Positions 53,150 to 64,000 of a stretch of 64,000 nucleotides of DNA are shown here, in pieces. Numbering within the stretch: position 1 is the stretch's first letter; the number at the start of each line of letters is the position of its first letter. Below the pieces are notes generated by a model. That model was not told the DNA's origin. It did no database searches and worked only from the letters and a program-made list of their open reading frames with translations. A program made the position numbers and the translations under genes. This DNA comes from Escherichia coli (GTDB lineage Bacteria; Pseudomonadota; Gammaproteobacteria; Enterobacterales; Enterobacteriaceae), in the NCBI RefSeq assembly GCF_050920415.1, contig NZ_CP169309.1. One strand, written 5' to 3'.

Positions 53150-54036
53150 GCTTTACCTCCAATGGCGTTATCCAGAATACGCACAAAGTGCATTGCCGAG
53201 AGCGTCGCACCATAAAACCAGACTGCAGGTACGCGCTGAAAGCGTCCGGCGCGGACAAACGGCATAGCCTGCCACAGCGGGGTTGCCATTAGGGTATCCA
53301 TGTCTTTGCTGTTGTCGTGATCAAAACAGAGCACATCAACGTCTTTATACGCTGCCAGACGATCGATACTGACGGCGGTACTGCCCCAGAAGTTGGTTTC
53401 CCCTTGCCAGGCATTTGGGATGCCGTACTCATCAAGAATTTCCTGGAACAAGCTGTTTGGACCGAAGACCAGCATATGGCGCGGATCGATAAGTGTCGTC
53501 AGCAATAACGGGCGCGCACCACGCTTCACAAAGCGGGGTTTCATGCTGCGGATAAAGTCTTCATAGTGCGCTAAATGCGTTTCCGCTGCGCTTTGCAGGT
53601 TAAGTAAATCTGCCATTTCCGTCAGTGACTTACGCGCCATCGCCAGCGGCTGTTTGCCGTCGCTGAAGTTAAATCCGCGCCCAGGCGCAATGCGTGCCAG
53701 CATTTCTGGTGAAGGGCCATACCCTGCCGACCAGACCATAAACGACGGTTTCATTTCGGTCAGCAGTTCAAGGTTAGGTTCTGTACGCAAACCAACGTCA
53801 ATCACTGAATCCGGCAATGGTGGCTCGCTGACCCACAGGCGATAGTTGATGGTATCCGCCACGCCGTAAGGCACGATGCCGAGCGCCAGCAGTAATTCCA
53901 CCGGCAACCACTCCAGCGCCACAATACGCTTTGGATCAATAGCCGCCGCGCGGGCGGTATTCATCTGCCATAACAACGGAGAAAGCGCCATCGCCGTTAA
54001 CAGTCGACGGCGCGAAATAAGAGGTAAGCCGCTCAT
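53146..54036 (-). CDS. fhuD: Ferric hydroxamate periplasmic binding protein
   Basis: 296-aa protein MSGLPLISRRRLLTAMALSPLLW... with Tat-like RRRLL signal. The track shows one extra upstream Met. Confidence 0.94.
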   Translation of the reverse strand: MSGLPLISRRRLLTAMALSPLLWQMNTARAAAIDPKRIVALEWLPVELLLALGIVPYGVADTINYRLWVSEPPLPDSVIDVGLRTEPNLELLTEMKPSFMVWSAGYGPSPEMLARIAPGRGFNFSDGKQPLAMARKSLTEMADLLNLQSAAETHLAHYEDFIRSMKPRFVKRGARPLLLTTLIDPRHMLVFGPNSLFQEILDEYGIPNAWQGETNFWGSTAVSIDRLAAYKDVDVLCFDHDNSKDMDTLMATPLWQAMPFVRAGRFQRVPAVWFYGATLSAMHFVRILDNAIGGKA

Positions 54037-54833
54037 CAATAAACAAAACTCACAGGTGCAGCACCCGCCGGATGCGGCAAAATACCCATCGGGATGCCAT
54101 AAATCATTTCGAGGGTTTCGCCGCGCATAATTTCCGCAGGCGTTCCCTGAGCAATCATTTCACCGCCGCGCAGGGCGACCAGATAATCACAGTAACGCGC
54201 AGCCATATTGATATCGTGCAGCACGGCAATGACCGTCAGGCCACGCTCCTGACTTAAACGGTGCACCAGCGCCAGCACATCAACCTGGTGGGCGATATCC
54301 AGCGCCGAGGTCGGTTCGTCCAGCAACAGACAACGGCTATCCTGCGCCACCAGCATGGCGATCCACGCCCGTTGACGTTCGCCGCCAGAGAGGCTATCGA
54401 CCAGCCGATGCGCCAGCGGTTTTAAGCCAACCAGCGAGATAGCCTCTTCGACCTTTTCGCGATCTGCCGCGCCAAAGCGCCCCAGCGCGCCATGCCACGG
54501 GTAACGACCAATCGCCACCAGTTCACGCACCGTCATCCCTTCTGCCGGAGGAAGCTGCTGCGGCAAATAAGCCACTTTGCGAGCAAACGCTTTGCTGCTC
54601 CAGCTTTCCAGCGGCTGGGCATCAAGAAGAATCTCCCCTTCCGACGGCGGTTGGTGACGGCCAAGCATTTTGAGCAGAGTGGATTTACCAGAACCGTTGT
54701 GACCAATCAGACCGGTCACTTTCCCGGCAGGAAAGGTTAACGACAGCGGATGCAAAAGCGTGCGCCCGGGCACACGAAAGGAGATATTACGCAGTGCAAA
54801 AGTGGTATCGGAATGATTCGTGTATTCCTGCAT
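54036..54833 (-). CDS. fhuC: Ferrichrome ABC transporter ATP-binding subunit
   Basis: 265-aa protein MQEYTNHSDTTFALRNISF... with Walker A GHNGSGKST. The track ORF is extended 14 codons upstream. Confidence 0.95.
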   Translation of the reverse strand: MQEYTNHSDTTFALRNISFRVPGRTLLHPLSLTFPAGKVTGLIGHNGSGKSTLLKMLGRHQPPSEGEILLDAQPLESWSSKAFARKVAYLPQQLPPAEGMTVRELVAIGRYPWHGALGRFGAADREKVEEAISLVGLKPLAHRLVDSLSGGERQRAWIAMLVAQDSRCLLLDEPTSALDIAHQVDVLALVHRLSQERGLTVIAVLHDINMAARYCDYLVALRGGEMIAQGTPAEIMRGETLEMIYGIPMGILPHPAGAAPVSFVY

Positions 54834-54883
54834 AACAGCCAACTTGTGAAACGGGCACGGAAATCCGTGCCCCAAAAGAGAAA

Positions 54884-57127
54884 TTAGAAACGGAAGGTTG
54901 CGGTTGCAACGACCTGACGTTCTGCGCCCCAGAAGCAGCCATAGGTATTAAAGCAGCTGGCGACGTATTCACGATCGAACAGGTTGTTGACATGCAGCGC
55001 CACGTTGGAGCCCGCCATGCCGACTCGCGCCAGATCATAACGCACTAACGCATCCACGACCGTATAACTTCCCACTTTAAAGGAGTTAGCCGGATCACCA
55101 TAGCTGGAGCCTGTAAAGCGACCGCCAGTACCGAGCGTCAGGCCGGAGAGCGGGCCTTCAAAGAAGGTGTAGTCAGCCCACAGAGAAGCCATGTGTTTTG
55201 GCACCTGCGCAGGCGTGTTGCCTTTGTAGGTAGTATCGGTGGTGTATTCTGCATCGGTGTAAGTATAAGAACCAACTACGTTAACACTCGCCGACAGCGC
55301 CGCTTTCGCTTCGATTTCTACGCCACGCGCGCGGATTTCACCACCTTCAACCGAGAAGAAGGAACCCTCAGGGTCCGCCATCAGGTTGTTGGTTTTAGTG
55401 AGATTATACACAGCACCAGTAACCACAATTGGGCGATCTTCCGGTACATATTTCACGCCGACCTCATACTGCTTACCTTTAGACGGCGCAAAAATATTAC
55501 CATCCTTCCCAACTTGTGAAGAAGGTTCAAACGATTCGCTATAGCTGAAGTAAGGTGTTACACCATTATCAAACAGGTAGTTAACACCACCACGCCAGGT
55601 AAACTGTTTGTCATCACGTTTATCGGTCGTCCCTTCAACGCGGTTATGAGACTCTTGATCCGCCCAGTCATAACGACCGCCCAGGGTGACCAGCACTTTA
55701 TCCCACTGCGCCTGATCCTGAACATAAACACCCGTTTGTTTCTGCTTATTCAGAATGCGGTAAGGGCCGGAGTTTGCCGGATCTTTCGCATTGAAGTCGA
55801 AATCGGTATTCACCGGATTGTACAGATCGAGCAGCGGTACGGAGTCGTCGTAACCAAACCAGGCGTTGATGTCATTACGCATACGCATAAAGTCGACACC
55901 GGTCAGCAGAGTGTGGTCGATATCGCCAGTGGCAAACTTGCTCTGCAACTGGGTATCAACGGAGAAGTTTTGCAGCTTCTCATCATCAACGACGTATTTA
56001 CGTGCCAGGTAGTGACCTTTATCGGCTGGCGCTAAAGCGGCACACTGTTTGCTGTAAGCATTCGCCGGATCGGAGCAGACGCCGTAACCATAAACGCTGT
56101 TTTGCGAGGTTTTGTTTTCAGCAAAGCGCAGGTTCTGACGCACCGTAAAGGTGTCGTTAAATTCGTGATCGAAGCTGTAGCCCACCATCTTCTCATTACG
56201 AGAATAGGTGTTGTTCTTCGCCCCTTCGTTAAAATCTGTCGGCAGACGCTTACCGTTCGGCAGCGGCTCAACGGTTCCCTCTTTCGGCAGCCAGCCGTAA
56301 TAACCGGTTTCCGGCTCGTTCTGGAAGTAAAAAAGGAAGGTGAAATTGGTTTTATCATCCGGGCGCCAGGTGAACGCTGGAGCAATAGCATAACGCTGCT
56401 CTTCTGCCCCCTTCTGCTGAGCATTGGCTGAACGCGCAATACCAGTCAGACGATAAGAGTAAACGCCGTCATCATCCAGCGCATCACTGAAGTCAAAACC
56501 AGTCTGGAACAGGCTGTCAGTACCGGCTTTAAACTGAATTTCTTTCAGCGGTTCTGTAGTCGGGCGCTTGCTGACCATGTTCAACAGGCCGCCAGGACTG
56601 CTTTTACCGTAAAGCACTGAAACCGGACCACGCATAATTTCAGCGCGTTCCAGCATATACGGGTCAATAACTGCATCGTTATAGAAGTTGCCTTGCAACT
56701 TCAGACCGTTGAGATAGTTATTCTGGCTTTGGCCTTCTGCTGCAAAACCACGAATAATCAAATGATCATAAGTGTTTGATGCACCACGCGTACCGACCGA
56801 AACGCCTGGCGTATAGCTAAGAGCTTCTTTTACCGACTTCGGCTGATGCAGCGCCATCTCTTCGGCGGTCACAACAGAAATAGACTGTGGCACTTTTTGA
56901 ATCGGTGTATCGGTTTTGGTGCCGGTAGCGGACTGTCGCGCCGCAATAGTTGCAGCTGGCCCCCATGCGCTTTCTTGCGGCGCTGGTGCAGCGGTAACGG
57001 TGATAGTGTCTTCTTTCGGTTCAACCGCTGCCTGTGCGTAAACAGACATGCCGCTAACCGCTGTGGCTACTACAACTGCGATTTTACGCAGTGAGTGTTT
57101 TGGCTGAGCAGTTTTGGAACGCGCCAT
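54884..57127 (-). CDS. fhuA: TonB-dependent ferrichrome outer-membrane receptor
   Basis: 747-aa ORF with signal peptide, TonB box (DTITVTA) and C-terminal beta-barrel ending ...ATATFRF. Confidence 0.97.
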   Translation of the reverse strand: MARSKTAQPKHSLRKIAVVVATAVSGMSVYAQAAVEPKEDTITVTAAPAPQESAWGPAATIAARQSATGTKTDTPIQKVPQSISVVTAEEMALHQPKSVKEALSYTPGVSVGTRGASNTYDHLIIRGFAAEGQSQNNYLNGLKLQGNFYNDAVIDPYMLERAEIMRGPVSVLYGKSSPGGLLNMVSKRPTTEPLKEIQFKAGTDSLFQTGFDFSDALDDDGVYSYRLTGIARSANAQQKGAEEQRYAIAPAFTWRPDDKTNFTFLFYFQNEPETGYYGWLPKEGTVEPLPNGKRLPTDFNEGAKNNTYSRNEKMVGYSFDHEFNDTFTVRQNLRFAENKTSQNSVYGYGVCSDPANAYSKQCAALAPADKGHYLARKYVVDDEKLQNFSVDTQLQSKFATGDIDHTLLTGVDFMRMRNDINAWFGYDDSVPLLDLYNPVNTDFDFNAKDPANSGPYRILNKQKQTGVYVQDQAQWDKVLVTLGGRYDWADQESHNRVEGTTDKRDDKQFTWRGGVNYLFDNGVTPYFSYSESFEPSSQVGKDGNIFAPSKGKQYEVGVKYVPEDRPIVVTGAVYNLTKTNNLMADPEGSFFSVEGGEIRARGVEIEAKAALSASVNVVGSYTYTDAEYTTDTTYKGNTPAQVPKHMASLWADYTFFEGPLSGLTLGTGGRFTGSSYGDPANSFKVGSYTVVDALVRYDLARVGMAGSNVALHVNNLFDREYVASCFNTYGCFWGAERQVVATATFRF

Positions 57128-57147
57128 TGGTATATCTCTGATGTAAA

Positions 57148-57192
57148 GTGAATGATAACGTAAACGAGAATGATTATTATAAAGATAAGATA
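57148..57192 (-). promoter_or_regulatory. Putative Fur box in the fhuA promoter region
   Basis: A/T-rich region with GAGAATGATTATTATAAAG and GTGAATGATAACG, partial matches to the Fur consensus GATAATGATAATCATTATC, 20-65 nt upstream of the fhuA start. Confidence 0.5.
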
Positions 57193-57305
57193 ATATTCGA
57201 AACGCTGGCGGGTTCGCAAGCGGTACGCAATCTGAGCGTTCCTGAAGGGTTAATAAACAACCAGATGAAAAGAAAGGGTTAATACTTTAGGTGGGATGTT
57301 ATTTT

Positions 57306-57330
57306 ACCGGATGGCAACTCGCCATCCGGT
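57306..57330. repeat. Inverted repeat between the mrcB 3' end and the fhuA promoter
   Basis: ACCGGATGGC-loop-GCCATCCGGT, perfect 10-bp arms. No clear U-tract. Confidence 0.4.
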
Positions 57331-57346
57331 ATGTCACGCTTAGACG

Positions 57347-59881
57347 TTAATTACTACCAAACATATCCTTGATCCAACCTGCTACGCCGTCACTGTCTTT
57401 CTGCTCTTGCTGAGCAGGTTGCTGTTGCGGCTGTTGCTGCGGCTGAGAAGACTGATCAAACGGATTGCCTGACGGTTGCTGCTGCATCTCACTCTGCTGG
57501 CACAGCGATTGCGGATCGCTGGTCCAGACCGGTAAGACACGCATGCCCCCGCTGCAGACAAAGTTGCCGTCGTAGTCCACGCCCATATCAGCAATGTCTT
57601 CTGGCGGAACAAGATTCAGCGGTGTTGGTGTCTGGTTAGCCAGATAACGCTGATAAATCGACATTGCCCCACTGGCACCATACAGTTTGGTCGGCTGGTT
57701 GTTATCACGGCCTACCCAGGTGATGGTCACCGTGCTGCCGTCAATGCCCGCAAACCAGGTATCCACGTTGTTGTTGGTAGTCCCGGTTTTGCCCGCCAGA
57801 TGCAGGTTCGGGTATTTCGCCCCAAGCTGACGACCCGTACCGCGTTGTACCACCTGCTGCATGGTCCATAGTGTCAGATACGCCGCCTGCGCCGGAACCG
57901 CGCGTTCCGCCTGCGGGAAGCTCTGATACAACACCTTGCCATCTTCCGCGATTACCGAACGCAGCGCAGAAAGCGGTGCTCGATTACCACCACTAGCGAT
58001 GGTCTGGAACGCCTGCGCCACTTCAATTGGCGTTAAGTTCAACGCCCCCAGCAGCATTGCCGGAACCGGATGCAGCTGATCTTTCGGTACGCCCAGTTTA
58101 ATCCAGGTATCCGTAACCGCAGGCAGACCCAGCGCCATCCCCAGATTCACCGTCGGCACGTTCATCGAACGTGTCAACGCATCCACCAGCATCACTCTGC
58201 CACTTTCGCTATAACGACGATCATCGTTCTGCGGTGACCAGACCTGGCCATTCGGCTGACGCAGCGCGATTGGCGCATCGGCAATCCACGTGTTCAGGCG
58301 ATAGATTTTCGGCTGGCTTAAGGCCGTCAGATAAGTCGCTGGTTTTGCAAGGGAACCAATCGAACGACGCGCCTGCATCGCACGGTTGTAACCTGCAAAC
58401 TGCGGCTCAGAACCACCAACCATCGCGCGAACTTCACCGCTAAAGCGGTCGACAACCACAATTGCCGTTTCCAGATCGCTCAGCTTTCGCTGTTTCTTCA
58501 GCGCCGGAATACCTTCCACGGCGGCTTTTTCTGCCGCGTCCTGGGCCACCGAGTCAAAGGTAGTGAAGATCTTCACGCCGGAGAGATCTTTCACTTTATC
58601 GCCCAGTTTCGCCTGTAGCTCCTGACGCACCAGTTGCATAAAGGCTGGCTGTGGAGAGATTACCCCGCCGCGCGGCTGAACCCCCAGCGGACGTGCACTC
58701 AACATGTCATAGAGCTCTTGATCAATAATCTGCTGTTGTTGCAGCAGACGCAGCACCAGGTTACGTCGCTCCAGCGCCAGTTTCGGGTTACGCCACGGGT
58801 TGTAGATGGACGCTCCTTTCACCATACCCACCAACAGCGCCTGCTGATCGAGGCTCAATTCTTCTACCGGGCGACCAAAGTAATACAAGCTCGCCAGCGG
58901 GAAGCCGCGGATTTCGTTGTCGCCGCTCTGACCGAGATACACCTCGTTCATATACAGCTCAAGAATGCGGTCTTTGCTGTAACGCGCATCCATGATCAGC
59001 GCCATGTAGGCTTCGTTCGCTTTACGCCAGTAAGAACGTTCGCTGGAGAGGAACAGGTTTTTCACCAACTGTTGCGTCAGCGTACTCGCTCCCTGCACCG
59101 TGCGTCCGGCGGTCAGGTTTGCCAGCACCGCACGTCCGATGGAGTAGAGACTGATCCCATCATGCTCGTAGAAATGACGGTCTTCTGTCGCCAGCAAAGT
59201 ATCCACCAGCAAATCCGGGAAACCACTGCGCGGCACAAACAGACGTTGCTCACCGTTTGGTGAAGAGATCATAGTGATCAGGCGCGGATCAAGACGGAAG
59301 AAACCGAACTGACGGTTGTTCTCCATATTGACGATCGTCGCCAGATGATCGCCATCAAAGGTCAGACGCGCACGCACCTGTCCTTCTTTGCTGTCCGGGA
59401 AATCAAACGGACGACGGATCATCTCAATGCTGTTGGCCTGCACGGTAAATTCGCCAGGGCGCGTCATTTTCGACACCTGACGATACTGGGTCGCCTCCAG
59501 CAGCTTCACCATCTCGTTTTTGCTGATGGTCATGTCTGGCTCAAGGTTGACCATTCGGCCATAAACAGCCGCAGGCAATTGCCAGACTTTGCCATCAATA
59601 CGGCTACGAATTTTTTGATCGAGATAAACGCCGTAAATGGCGATCAGCACGGCAAAAACAATAGCCAGTTTTAGCAGCAGCCATAGCCAGCCGCGTTTGC
59701 CACGAGGCTTACGCCCTTTGCCTTTGCCCTTACCTTTGCGCGGCATCGGTTCTTCATCCTCATAGTCATCATAATCGTCGTAATCATCGTCATCTTCGTA
59801 ACGACGACGGCTTACCTTTTGTTTGACCGGACGCGTCGGTTTCCCTTTGCGTCCAATTGGCTCGCGGTCATTCCCGGCCAT
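57347..59881 (-). CDS. mrcB: Penicillin-binding protein 1B (bifunctional transglycosylase/transpeptidase)
   Basis: 844-aa protein [22 protein letters not shown]... with acidic and basic N-terminal clusters, TM segment, transpeptidase and Q-rich C-terminus. The track ORF is extended 5 codons upstream. Confidence 0.97.
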   Translation of the reverse strand: MAGNDREPIGRKGKPTRPVKQKVSRRRYEDDDDYDDYDDYEDEEPMPRKGKGKGKGRKPRGKRGWLWLLLKLAIVFAVLIAIYGVYLDQKIRSRIDGKVWQLPAAVYGRMVNLEPDMTISKNEMVKLLEATQYRQVSKMTRPGEFTVQANSIEMIRRPFDFPDSKEGQVRARLTFDGDHLATIVNMENNRQFGFFRLDPRLITMISSPNGEQRLFVPRSGFPDLLVDTLLATEDRHFYEHDGISLYSIGRAVLANLTAGRTVQGASTLTQQLVKNLFLSSERSYWRKANEAYMALIMDARYSKDRILELYMNEVYLGQSGDNEIRGFPLASLYYFGRPVEELSLDQQALLVGMVKGASIYNPWRNPKLALERRNLVLRLLQQQQIIDQELYDMLSARPLGVQPRGGVISPQPAFMQLVRQELQAKLGDKVKDLSGVKIFTTFDSVAQDAAEKAAVEGIPALKKQRKLSDLETAIVVVDRFSGEVRAMVGGSEPQFAGYNRAMQARRSIGSLAKPATYLTALSQPKIYRLNTWIADAPIALRQPNGQVWSPQNDDRRYSESGRVMLVDALTRSMNVPTVNLGMALGLPAVTDTWIKLGVPKDQLHPVPAMLLGALNLTPIEVAQAFQTIASGGNRAPLSALRSVIAEDGKVLYQSFPQAERAVPAQAAYLTLWTMQQVVQRGTGRQLGAKYPNLHLAGKTGTTNNNVDTWFAGIDGSTVTITWVGRDNNQPTKLYGASGAMSIYQRYLANQTPTPLNLVPPEDIADMGVDYDGNFVCSGGMRVLPVWTSDPQSLCQQSEMQQQPSGNPFDQSSQPQQQPQQQPAQQEQKDSDGVAGWIKDMFGSN

Positions 59882-59924
59882 GCTTTTTCTCCGCAATATT
59901 CAGGCGCAAAAGCCCGATTTTCTG

Positions 59925-59948
59925 TTCTTCTGTAACAAGACAGAAGAA
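59925..59948. other. A/T-rich hairpin in the hrpB-mrcB spacer
   Basis: TTCTTCTGT-AACAAG-ACAGAAGAA, 9-bp perfect arms. Confidence 0.3.
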
Positions 59949-59974
59949 GATATCTCTCAAATTTACTTTGGTCT

Positions 59975-62404
59975 TCATGAATACTTTTTCGTCCGTCGCG
60001 TCGGTGCGGTATTTGCCGGATCATCCGGCCAGACGTGTTTGGGATAACGCCCTTTCATCTCTTTTTGCACATCGCAATACGCTCCTTTCCAGAAGGCGCT
60101 CAAATCTCGTGTGATTTGCAGCGGCCTTTGGGCAGGAGAAAGCAACTCCAGCACCAGCGGCACACGCCCCTGGGCGATCGTCGGATTGGTGGCCTCGCCA
60201 AACATCTCCTGCATTCTCACCGCCAGCGCGGGCGGGTTATCTTCATGGTAACGAATGGCGATCCGGCTTCCCGTCGGCACAGTGTAATGCGCAGGCAATT
60301 CACTATCCAGACGTTGCTGCATCCCCCAATCAAGTAATCCGCGTAGCGCCTGATAAATATCGAGTGATTTCAGGCCGCGTAGCGAATGTACGCCTGCCAT
60401 ATGCGGCAGTAGCCACGTTTCCAGCGTCGCCAACAAACTTTCATCATCAACCGCTGGCCAGTCATATTCTGGCAACCACCTGGCGGCGCATAACAAACGC
60501 AAGCGTAGCTGTTCCGCTTCCGGCGTCCAGTTAAGCACGCTTAAGCCTTTTTCACGAATGCCGTTAAGCATCGCCTGATGCAGCTCGTCTTCTGAAGGCT
60601 TCGCCAGCGGCTGCACTTTTACCGTCAGTTGGCCGATTTGCAACCGACGCCAGGCTTTCAGCGTACCTTGCGCATCATCCCACTCCACGGTGTCCGATTG
60701 CTGCACCAGCTGCGGACAGCGTTGCACTAATTCATCGATATCGACCGGTAGCGCCAGTAAAATCCGCGCATCCGGCGAGGCGCTACCCTGCAATAATAAC
60801 GGTGCGATCAACCATTCGTGGCGGCTGAGCGCATCATCGGCATCGAGCATTGCCCCCATGCCGTTTGCCAGTTGATAGCGCCCCTCTTGCCCACGGCGGC
60901 GAGCGATGCGATCGGCAAACGCTCCGGCAAGTAACGGTGCGATAAGCGAACTGTCTGCCTCACCGCCGCGTACGTTTAAGCGCTTTAACAGTTGCTGGCT
61001 ACGTTGCTGCCAGGCAGGTTGATTGCGCGAAAACGCCACGCCCAGATCGATATTGCCCATCCGTGGTGGCTCTTCGAGAATAGCGGCAATTTTTGCAGCG
61101 GTAGCAGCTTCGTCGTCGCTCTTTGCGCTCACCAGCATTGCCGCTAAACGCGGATCGTTACCCAGCGTCGCCATTTTCTGCCCTTTCGTGCTTAGCCGTT
61201 CACCGTCCATCGCCCCCAGCATCCGCAACAGGCGTTTCGCGGCCTGTAAATTCACGGCTGGCGGTTGATCCAGCCAGCTCATCTGCGTCGGATCGCTGCA
61301 TCCCCATTGCAGTAATTCCATCAGCAAACCGGAGAGATCGCTTTGTAAGATTTCCGGTTCACTTTGCGCGGAGGCGCGTTCTGCTTGTTCTTTGGCGATT
61401 AAATGTAGACAGATCCCCGGCTCCAGACGTCCGGCACGCCCCGCACGCTGCGTCATAGATGCCTGACTAACGCGTTGAGTAATCAGCCGCGTAAGCCCCG
61501 TGCGCGGATCAAAGCGCGCCACACGTTCCTGAGCACAATCCACCACCAGACGAATACCTTCGATGGTTAAACTGGTTTCAGCAATATTGGTTGCCAGCAC
61601 TACTTTGCGCATCCCTTCTGGTGCCGGAAGGATCGCTTTTCGCTGATCGTTCAGCGACAACGCGCCATACAGCGGGCAGAGCAACACATCACTACCGATG
61701 CGCGAAGCCAGTTGTTCCTGAACGCGCTGAATTTCTCCGACACCAGGTAAAAATAACAGTAATGAGCCGCTTTCCTGATGCAGCAATTCGGCGGTGGCAA
61801 CCGCCACGGCTTCATCAAAACGCTGATGAGCGGGCAGCGGTAAATATCGGCGTTCAACCGGAAACGAGCGCCCTTCTGAGATGACGACGGGCGCTTCTGG
61901 CAGCATCTGCTGCAAGCGGTCATTGTCCAGCGTAGCCGACATAATCAGTAGTTTAAGGTCATCACGCAGACCTTGTTGCACATCGAGTAACAGCGCCAAC
62001 GCCAGATCCGCCTGCAAGCTGCGCTCATGAAACTCATCGAGGATCACCAATCCAACGCCGCTCAGTTCAGGGTCACGCTGGATCATGCGCGTCAACACGC
62101 CTTCGGTAACTACTTCCAGGCGAGTATTTGGCCCGACACAGTTTTGCGCGCGCATCCGGTAGCCTACCGTATCACCTGTTTTTTCGTTAAGCAGTTCCGC
62201 CAGTCGTTGCGCAACGTTACGCGCCGCCAGGCGACGCGGCTCCAGCAGGATAATTTTTCCGTTAATGCCGGGATGCGCCAGCAGTTGCAGCGGCAGCCAG
62301 GTTGATTTCCCGGCCCCGGTCGGCGCACTTAATAACACCTGCGGTGCACCATCGAGGGCAGCAAGTAACTCAGGTAAGACGGCAGCAACGGGCAACGACG
62401 ACAC
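59975..62404 (-). CDS. hrpB: ATP-dependent RNA helicase HrpB (DEAH-box)
   Basis: 809-aa protein from a GTG start (VSSLPVAAVLPELLAALDGAPQVLLSAPTGAGKST...) with DEFH box. The track ORF is extended 15 codons upstream. Confidence 0.93.
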   Translation of the reverse strand: MSSLPVAAVLPELLAALDGAPQVLLSAPTGAGKSTWLPLQLLAHPGINGKIILLEPRRLAARNVAQRLAELLNEKTGDTVGYRMRAQNCVGPNTRLEVVTEGVLTRMIQRDPELSGVGLVILDEFHERSLQADLALALLLDVQQGLRDDLKLLIMSATLDNDRLQQMLPEAPVVISEGRSFPVERRYLPLPAHQRFDEAVAVATAELLHQESGSLLLFLPGVGEIQRVQEQLASRIGSDVLLCPLYGALSLNDQRKAILPAPEGMRKVVLATNIAETSLTIEGIRLVVDCAQERVARFDPRTGLTRLITQRVSQASMTQRAGRAGRLEPGICLHLIAKEQAERASAQSEPEILQSDLSGLLMELLQWGCSDPTQMSWLDQPPAVNLQAAKRLLRMLGAMDGERLSTKGQKMATLGNDPRLAAMLVSAKSDDEAATAAKIAAILEEPPRMGNIDLGVAFSRNQPAWQQRSQQLLKRLNVRGGEADSSLIAPLLAGAFADRIARRRGQEGRYQLANGMGAMLDADDALSRHEWLIAPLLLQGSASPDARILLALPVDIDELVQRCPQLVQQSDTVEWDDAQGTLKAWRRLQIGQLTVKVQPLAKPSEDELHQAMLNGIREKGLSVLNWTPEAEQLRLRLLCAARWLPEYDWPAVDDESLLATLETWLLPHMAGVHSLRGLKSLDIYQALRGLLDWGMQQRLDSELPAHYTVPTGSRIAIRYHEDNPPALAVRMQEMFGEATNPTIAQGRVPLVLELLSPAQRPLQITRDLSAFWKGAYCDVQKEMKGRYPKHVWPDDPANTAPTRRTKKYS

Positions 62405-62477
62405 AAAACGCTCCAGAGGGTTAACATTCTTCGCGCCACATTGTAGCATCGCGGTAATGCATAACCGAGTACCTCAC

Positions 62478-63727
<1,250 letters not shown>

Positions 63728-63904
63728 TAGAGTAAGTAACTGGTTAATTTACATTCTGGTCGCGTGCGCAAATACGCTTTTCCTCACACAGTTGTCAAGT
63801 GTTACGTTTAGATAATTGCTATCCGGAAAAGCTTCTGCTATTTATAGCGGCCTCATTTTTCCCCCGAACATGGGGATCGATAGTGCGTGTTAAGGAGAAG
63901 CAAC

Positions 63905-64000
63905 ATGCAAGAAGGGCAAAACCGTAAAACATCGTCCCTGAGTATTCTCGCCATCGCTGGGGTGGAGCCATATCAGGAGAAGCCGGGCGAAGAGTATATG
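63905..64000 (+). CDS. dksA: RNA polymerase-binding factor DksA (N-terminal 32 codons; continues beyond window end)
   Basis: MQEGQNRKTSSLSILAIAGVEPYQEKPGEEYM matches the DksA N-terminus. About 177 nt downstream of sfsA. Confidence 0.9.
   Translation, partial: MQEGQNRKTSSLSILAIAGVEPYQEKPGEEYM

Overview
This window is a contiguous, reverse-complemented stretch of an Escherichia coli-type chromosome (K-12-like; Shigella not excluded), and I find no evidence of a novel or accessory system in it. It runs from the 5' ~1047 nt of a 16S rRNA gene (rrnH context, with P1/P2 promoters and boxA) to the start of dksA. Gene order is: gmhB, metNIQ, rcsF, trmO(yaeB), proS, yaeF, nlpE, arfB, yaeQ, yaeP-rof, tilS, yaeR, ldcC, accA, dnaE, rnhB, lpxB-lpxA-fabZ-lpxD-skp-bamA-rseP-cdsA-uppS-dxr, frr, pyrH, tsf-rpsB, map, glnD, dapD, yaeI, yaeH, cdaR, degP, dgt, mtn-btuF-yadS, erpA, clcA, hemL, fhuBDCA, mrcB, hrpB, thpR(ligT), sfsA, dksA. 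Every substantial ORF is a recognisable housekeeping or envelope gene of normal length, packing is tight with several 1-8 nt overlaps, and spacers carry ordinary promoters, terminators and REP elements. I see no IS elements, integrases, prophage genes, CRISPR arrays, toxin-antitoxin pairs or defence islands. The findings are therefore modest: a polylinker-like triple restriction-site palindrome and an attenuator-like terminator in the rpsB-tsf spacer, the long structured pyrH-frr spacer, a few poorly characterised conserved genes (yaeF, yaeQ, yaeP, yaeI), some unexplained inverted repeats, and possible strain-level differences in spacer length. Gene coordinates come from the ORF track with starts corrected by frame arithmetic; hand-placed hairpin and promoter coordinates are approximate to a few nt. 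All identifications rest on recognising the encoded proteins and motifs by eye, not on a database search.
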